DNA from: a virus
Length of the DNA: 64,000 nucleotides
IMG/VR virus record: IMGVR_UViG_3300037247_000655
Coordinates: 32,001 to 96,000 of that record
Strand: one strand, 5' to 3'
The notes under the pieces: generated by a model
What the model saw: the letters and a program-made list of their open reading frames with translations, nothing else
Database searches by the model: none
What the model was told of the DNA's origin: nothing
Translations under genes and position numbers: made by a program
Shown here: piece by piece, positions 58,279 through 64,000 of the stretch
Numbering within the stretch: the stretch's first letter is position 1
Layout of the letters: the number at the start of each line of letters is the position of its first letter

Positions 58279-61205
58279 TACATCACCACCATACTAATTT
58301 GTCCAGGATCTGCTTTCTTGAGAGAAGATGTTCTTTTCTCTTCAACTACATTAGCCTGTTGCACAAGTCCCATGAAATGCTCAACTAACATCTTGCGATC
58401 AAACGGTACTCGCCTATCTCCAACGGTCCGTGATCCACTATTGAGAGCCTTAAGCCATTCACCGGAAAAATGAGTGTGTAACATTTCTGGGTGATTCCAA
58501 ACCTTGCCTATAACCCAATTGATAAATTCACTATTGTTCATATTGTTGCTAGGAGGTGTCAAATTTGGATTATGAAGACGAGCTGTGGGGCATAGCCAGG
58601 TTTCTGTCTGATCCTGAATTTTGGTTTCACGGATAACTTGTCCCCAGATAGCCGCTGTTCTTTCCCATCCCCTTCTTTTCATGGGTAATTCCTGTCCGTA
58701 AGTTGCAACTGGTTCTTCTATATACGCTCTGGTTTGTTGCATCTTCGTGTTTCTCGCATCTTCGCTAAGTTTGAGAAAACGATCCATTTTTCTGACAAAA
58801 TCGTCATTACTAGGCAAAGCCCTTCTTTGTTCAGTTTCAATAATAGCTTCCCAAAAGAATTTATGTACTTCTATTGGAATAGAGGTAGGATTATCCAAAT
58901 GGTCTTCCATAGCAGAGTATCTCACCGCCATAGTAGGTACGCCACAAGCCTGAGCCTCAGTTAAGGGCATACCCCAGCCCTCACACGTAGAATACTGCAC
59001 GTACAAATCGAAAGACTTGATGATGTCTGCTAACACATTCCGGGGGCACGAATGACTCGCATTAGGCGGATGCGCAGCTAATTTGCCACACTTACGACAA
59101 ACCATGATTTCCCCAGAGAAAAACGATGGATAAGCAGTGTTGCACTCGCTACATAGATATGTCATTATGACCTTGTTGCCTATTTTGAAATCACGAATAG
59201 CTTTCGCTATGTCATAACCAACATCAGGGTAACTAGTATGTAAGTAAAGAAACGTTTTCCTTGCCAACTCCGTATGTCCCTTGGATGTTGATCGATTAAC
59301 CCACATGGCAAACGCTTCTATCAAGTCGTAGTACAACTTTCGTTTTTGATTCCGCATTACGGTTCCGACAATAAGAGAATTAGGATCTATGCCAAGTTTT
59401 TGTTTGTGTTCTCTTTTATTGTCTGGTGGTTTGAATACGTCTAGGTCTGCGCCAGGAGATGCTATAGTTATAAGATTAGTTCCTTTCCTACCGGTTTTTT
59501 TTAATAGCTGCATACCATACTTAGAGTACGTAAGAATACGATCGCACTGCTTGTATGAATCTAACCAAAGCTCTCTCTGCGGCTCCCCATCGATTGTTGG
59601 CATCCATATAAAAGAAAAATTATGACGCACAGAAGAACGTAGTATAAACTCGTCCATCCACCAATCTCGAATACTGCAATTGTGAACACTGAACCCCGTT
59701 ACATAGCTATTATCTTGATCTACTTCTAGGTTATAAACTTGTCCATGATATTGTTCTGTTCGTATCCGCCGAATCGGAACAACTATGTAATCATCTTCGA
59801 TCCATCCAATACCTCCTTTGTCTATCCATTTTGGATTAAGAGATTTTCTCGACAAAAGTTCTGACTGTTTGTTAATAAACTCATGTGCCAAACGGGCTGA
59901 TTGACCATAACATTCTACATCGAACGACAACCTTTCTGTTTTGACCAATTTCGAAGGTTTATTGATCTTCCACATTATCGACGCCTTAACCCCTATTCTC
60001 GCAAACAGCATTCGTACTTGTCTTGCCAAGGTTTCAGAAACAGTGCTCAATGAAACCGTGTCAGGACCGTAATATCCATCGCCCTTAATTAACCCCTCTA
60101 GAAATGACTGGATTAATTCGATATCATTTGATTTCCAAATACAATCTGGTATTCTTTTATTGTGTGCGCCACAACCAACCATCTTCCCCATTAATTCTTT
60201 GATAAGAACAGAACAACATTTTACTGATTGACCATTTGACACTTTTGACTTCACCACGGAAGTAGACAGCCCAAATAAATCCTGTATTAGTGATTGTACG
60301 TCTTTGACATATTCGTTTTCCTTTATGGTAATGCCAAAATCGAGACTAATAGAATTACCAGAGTTTGAGCCTTCTGCGCAATAGTAGCCCAGTAGTCTAG
60401 CAAAACGTTTAGTTATATGGATGTACTTGGGTATGCCGTGGTCTTTTTTGTAATCCTGGTGCCCTGCTGGGTAAACCTTCGTGTCTATATTATCATAGAT
60501 AAATTGATCAAAGTAACAGGTTGTATCTAAAACATTTGACCGCTCTTTTTCGGGACGATGAATGGGAATTAGAACATAATCACCGGAAGACAAGTTTCGT
60601 GCTTCCACGAACTTCGCGTCATCAACAGAATGTCTGTCTCTAACATCTCTTTGTTTCCAAGTTCGTTTCTTACTTTTAATCACTAGGATTGGATGTTCTG
60701 GTGTAAAAGTATAACATTGATTGTCATTGTGTGGATAAATCTTAACAACATCACCTATATGTTGCCGTCTCGTAATATCTAAAACTTTTCGAGCTTTCCC
60801 CGTATGGGAAATAACTAATTCACCTTTTTGAATATCCTCTATATTTTTTACACCACTTGGCGTTTCCACTTTCGTCCCAGGAGGAACACATACTATATCA
60901 GGCTTAAAATCGAGACATACATCATCAAATATTCCTTCGCCGAATTGATTGGTAGGATTAGCCTGATACTTTTGCATAGCCTGCTGGTCACTCCTTGGCG
61001 GCGCAACTGGATAGAACTTCCAAGGAACTTGACTACACCGTTGATCGTCTGCGTGGGCGTAAGAACCCATTTCCGCAATTTCGAATTCGTTAGTTGCATG
61101 CAGTCTTTGAATAACTTCGTTCCAATAGGTACTAAATCCAGTAGCGAGATAAGACGCCTCACCTGTAAACAAAACACGGCGTTTGCGATTAGATTCCATA
61201 ACCAC
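58278..61205 (-). CDS. glycosyltransferase (GT-B) containing an intein
   Basis: TGF, RNQ.RK, EGWGMP..EAQACGVP. Confidence 0.85.
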   Translation of the reverse strand: MVMESNRKRRVLFTGEASYLATGFSTYWNEVIQRLHATNEFEIAEMGSYAHADDQRCSQVPWKFYPVAPPRSDQQAMQKYQANPTNQFGEGIFDDVCLDFKPDIVCVPPGTKVETPSGVKNIEDIQKGELVISHTGKARKVLDITRRQHIGDVVKIYPHNDNQCYTFTPEHPILVIKSKKRTWKQRDVRDRHSVDDAKFVEARNLSSGDYVLIPIHRPEKERSNVLDTTCYFDQFIYDNIDTKVYPAGHQDYKKDHGIPKYIHITKRFARLLGYYCAEGSNSGNSISLDFGITIKENEYVKDVQSLIQDLFGLSTSVVKSKVSNGQSVKCCSVLIKELMGKMVGCGAHNKRIPDCIWKSNDIELIQSFLEGLIKGDGYYGPDTVSLSTVSETLARQVRMLFARIGVKASIMWKINKPSKLVKTERLSFDVECYGQSARLAHEFINKQSELLSRKSLNPKWIDKGGIGWIEDDYIVVPIRRIRTEQYHGQVYNLEVDQDNSYVTGFSVHNCSIRDWWMDEFILRSSVRHNFSFIWMPTIDGEPQRELWLDSYKQCDRILTYSKYGMQLLKKTGRKGTNLITIASPGADLDVFKPPDNKREHKQKLGIDPNSLIVGTVMRNQKRKLYYDLIEAFAMWVNRSTSKGHTELARKTFLYLHTSYPDVGYDIAKAIRDFKIGNKVIMTYLCSECNTAYPSFFSGEIMVCRKCGKLAAHPPNASHSCPRNVLADIIKSFDLYVQYSTCEGWGMPLTEAQACGVPTMAVRYSAMEDHLDNPTSIPIEVHKFFWEAIIETEQRRALPSNDDFVRKMDRFLKLSEDARNTKMQQTRAYIEEPVATYGQELPMKRRGWERTAAIWGQVIRETKIQDQTETWLCPTARLHNPNLTPPSNNMNNSEFINWVIGKVWNHPEMLHTHFSGEWLKALNSGSRTVGDRRVPFDRKMLVEHFMGLVQQANVVEEKRTSSLKKADPGQISMVVM
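59679..60890 (-). mobile_element. intein with LAGLIDADG endonuclease (404 aa)
   Basis: Starts CVPPGT; TPEHP; LLGYYCAEG and FLEGLIKGDG; ends VYNLEV..SVHN followed by Cys. Confidence 0.92.
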
Positions 61206-61779
61206 TCCTCATGAGTTTGGGACGTAAATTCCTGGTTCGCAACCATCTCTGTTTTCTACTGAGACCTAGCTTGTTGATCTGTCCATCCATCTGTGACACA
61301 ATCATATCCTTATCTTCTTTAGTCAAGTTAATAGACGACAAAATATCTGATAGCACGGAAAACGGATCAATGGTATCAACAGGTTCTACAAATAAAGTTT
61401 GCCAAGACTGTGGGTGGAGCATAGATCTAAGGACTTCTAGTTTAAGCCCTGTTATCTGTAGTTGTTCACAGATCTCGTGGTCATTCTTGCCTAAACCAGA
61501 AAGCATTTCAACCTGATGAATCTGTCTCTTTACTCTGCATGGTGCAGAGACCACGCACATCGCCCCCAAAGCAGTGTCTCTCATCGCACGAGCTATAGAT
61601 ACTATCGCATAGGCAGTGAAGTTATTCTTATTATGTCCCCCAGCTTTAATCTCTGCTAATTTGAGATGTCCAGCTTGTATATAATCTTCTGCATCCGCGC
61701 AACTATTGTTATAGGCAGCATCTATTTTTATAGCGAAATAAGATATAAACTTTTCTAGTGTCTGTTCTGCTTCCTGCAT
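61189..61779 (-). CDS. phage sigma70-family factor
   Basis: Region 2 ED.IQAG...L...F.AYA...I...M; HTH-like EIC..L.I. Confidence 0.75.
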   Translation of the reverse strand: MQEAEQTLEKFISYFAIKIDAAYNNSCADAEDYIQAGHLKLAEIKAGGHNKNNFTAYAIVSIARAMRDTALGAMCVVSAPCRVKRQIHQVEMLSGLGKNDHEICEQLQITGLKLEVLRSMLHPQSWQTLFVEPVDTIDPFSVLSDILSSINLTKEDKDMIVSQMDGQINKLGLSRKQRWLRTRNLRPKLMRSGYGI

Positions 61780-62207
61780 TAGAATGGGACACTGGGATCG
61801 TTAGTGGGAGCCTGAGCACTTGGTTCAGCTACTTTGGTCGCCTGTGCTGGTTGTGCTTCATCGCTGTTTTTAGCGGTCTTCACACACAACTGAAAATCAC
61901 GGACATTCAAAGAATAGGCGACCCTCTTTTGACCACTATCCTTGTCTTCCCAGCTATCTTGTTTAATATATCCATTGACGTAAATAGGCTGGCCCTTCTT
62001 GACTAGTTCAGACATCCTGGTTGCCTTAGCACTCCATACCTGCGCCCTCATAAAACAGGGTTCGTTCTGCCACTGATCATTATTATCCTTATAACTACGA
62101 TTAAAAGCCAGGTTGACAGTACAAACGGGCGTTTTCTTCTGTCCAACGAACTTTAGCTCCGGATCTGCAGTTGCAACACCAACACCATTAAAACTTAACT
62201 CTGCCAT
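61779..62207 (-). CDS. ssb: single-stranded DNA-binding protein
   Basis: DPEL, LA.NR, KG..IYV.G....WE.K.G; C-terminal VPF. Confidence 0.92.
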   Translation of the reverse strand: MAELSFNGVGVATADPELKFVGQKKTPVCTVNLAFNRSYKDNNDQWQNEPCFMRAQVWSAKATRMSELVKKGQPIYVNGYIKQDSWEDKDSGQKRVAYSLNVRDFQLCVKTAKNSDEAQPAQATKVAEPSAQAPTNDPSVPF

Positions 62208-62248
62208 TACACATACCCTTCCAATAAATACATTAGTTAGTCCTCCTT

Positions 62249-62277
62249 GTTATACGTCCAAAGAGGTATTCTGTTGC
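62249..62277 (-). promoter_or_regulatory. putative early/middle promoter for ssb-sigma-GT operon
   Basis: Minus strand GCAAC-N16-CGTATAA. Confidence 0.65.
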
Positions 62278-62283
62278 ACAAAA

Positions 62284-64000
62284 TTATAATAATTTTTGTA
62301 TATTCTTAACAATAAAGCTGCCCTTTCTTTTATCCCCGTAAACAAGACAGATAACATCATCTTTACATAATCCCCTAAGCTTGGAAAATACGTCGGGGAA
62401 GACTACCGCGTGATCCACTGAATACGTAGAATCTGACATAGTCAAGAAACACATTGGCTTACCGGGATTCTTACCTCTTTTTGTTTTAGTATGTTTCACA
62501 CTATCTATTATGACACACACAACAATATCATCCTGATTAGTAGCCTTAGCTATATCTAGGCAGGTATGTGTGGCAAGTGTTTGGTCTGCATCGTCGGCCT
62601 GAGAACAAGAAAGGGCGATTCCAAGAAAATACTTCTCCGCAGTAGCATTAGCCATGTTTGTATCCTTCAGTGGACTTTCTGTCATGGCGGCTTTCCTGGC
62701 CATCATTGTCCGTCTAGCATCACTGGCACACGGTGGTTTGACGACAATATCTCGATATCCATTGTCTAGCATTAGTTTTTCTAATTTCTTCTTAGTCCGT
62801 CCCCCTAGTTCGGACAACCACGACACTTTCTCTTCACTTGAAGTATATACAAATTTACTGTCCCCATCTGTGATTCCGTCAAAAGCAACATCGGCTTGGT
62901 CCAAGTATTCCTGTGTAGCTTTTACCAATTCACCCTTGGTCATTTGCTTGATAGTTTTTGTTTTGCATCCAGCAGGCTGGGACATTTGTAGTAATATTTC
63001 CTGTGTAGTCATCTCACCAAGTTCCAGTTGATTGAAAAAATAAACTTTCTCTTTACCGGTTAGACCCTTTACTTCTACTTTTTTGCCAGATTCGTCATGA
63101 ACAGAAGTCCCCAGTATTACTTCAAGTTCTCTGACCATCTCACTACGCTCCATACCGTAGCAATCGCACGCACCTGACTTAATTAAAGCTATTCCAACAT
63201 TTCTGTGAAAATCAGGGACAGAGGCCAAAAAGCCACCCCAAGTTCCCAAACATGGACTAGATACTTTTAAAGGGTCCATTCCTGGCGTTTCTGTGGCCGC
63301 TGAGACGATCTTCTTGATAGCCGAGGCACCAACACCCCTAATATGCGCCAGGCCAAAAGCTATGCCATTCTTTGTTTTTTCTGCCATCGTAAAATGTGTG
63401 TTTCCACTTCTGATGTCAGGAGGTAGAATTTCAACACCGAATAACCTGGCATCCTGTACTAATTTGTAAATCTCCTCCTTAGGATCACCCTTATAACTAG
63501 AATATGTAAGGTAACTTGTGAAGAACTCTCTAGGAAAGTGGCACTTTATCCAAGCAGTTTGGTATGCAATCAGACCATAACTTACAGCATGGCTTTTATT
63601 AAAACTGTAGCGTTGACATTTTTCAATCCAACCAAAGATTTCTTCAGCTACTTCTAAGTCAATCTTGCCATATTCTTGGGCACCTTTGATAAATTTAGAC
63701 TTTACTTTAGCCATAAGCTTAGAATCCTTTTTACCTATAGCTTTTCTCAGCGTATCGGCACTTTCGGGACTAAGACCAGCCAAGTCGGTAGCTATTCTCA
63801 GCGCTTGCTCCTGATACACCATCTGGGCGTGAGTAGATTCTAATATCGGTTTTAAGGCGGGATGTAGATAAGTTATTTTTTTCTTTCCAAACTTAACGTC
63901 GACATAGGCTTGACTGAGCCCACTTTCAAGTGGACCTGGACGTAAAATACTCACTAACGCAGCCAATTCTTCTATACTATCGGGCTTTAATTTCTTTGAC
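62284..64000 (-). CDS. dnaE: DNA polymerase III alpha subunit, C-terminal part (frame open to window edge)
   Basis: LRPGP, VYQEQ, AD.LRKAIGKK, Y.FNKSHA.SY, FGL..I.GVG, EK..LG, OB fold. Confidence 0.92.
   Translation of the reverse strand, partial: SKKLKPDSIEELAALVSILRPGPLESGLSQAYVDVKFGKKKITYLHPALKPILESTHAQMVYQEQALRIATDLAGLSPESADTLRKAIGKKDSKLMAKVKSKFIKGAQEYGKIDLEVAEEIFGWIEKCQRYSFNKSHAVSYGLIAYQTAWIKCHFPREFFTSYLTYSSYKGDPKEEIYKLVQDARLFGVEILPPDIRSGNTHFTMAEKTKNGIAFGLAHIRGVGASAIKKIVSAATETPGMDPLKVSSPCLGTWGGFLASVPDFHRNVGIALIKSGACDCYGMERSEMVRELEVILGTSVHDESGKKVEVKGLTGKEKVYFFNQLELGEMTTQEILLQMSQPAGCKTKTIKQMTKGELVKATQEYLDQADVAFDGITDGDSKFVYTSSEEKVSWLSELGGRTKKKLEKLMLDNGYRDIVVKPPCASDARRTMMARKAAMTESPLKDTNMANATAEKYFLGIALSCSQADDADQTLATHTCLDIAKATNQDDIVVCVIIDSVKHTKTKRGKNPGKPMCFLTMSDSTYSVDHAVVFPDVFSKLRGLCKDDVICLVYGDKRKGSFIVKNIQKLL

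Overview
This is a 64 kb segment of a large tailed-phage genome. On the + strand (1-52074) lies a morphogenesis block: probable portal C-terminus, prohead protease/scaffold, head decoration, major capsid, modular fibre/neck proteins, tail tube, chaperones, tape measure and tail tip. The block is split between the tail tube and the tape-measure module by a ~14 kb accessory island. The island carries an NAD-dependent DNA ligase, two RNA ligases, a tmRNA, 10 tRNAs, three non-canonical tRNA-like RNAs and HNH endonucleases. On the - strand (52071-64000) lie a DnaE C-terminus, SSB, a sigma factor, a glycosyltransferase/methyltransferase cluster and a Whirly-like protein. Two inteins and two recurring promoter motifs (G[CG]AAC-N15/16-CGTATAA and GTGTATAA) are visible. 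The best candidate for a new system is a leaderless 26-codon 'codon-sampler' leader peptide with overlapping antiterminator/terminator hairpins (30076-30252). It sits upstream of a tRNA + RNA ligase cluster and may act as a phage sensor of host tRNA loss, alongside the tRNA mimics. All calls come from manual motif recognition and hand folding; no database search was run.
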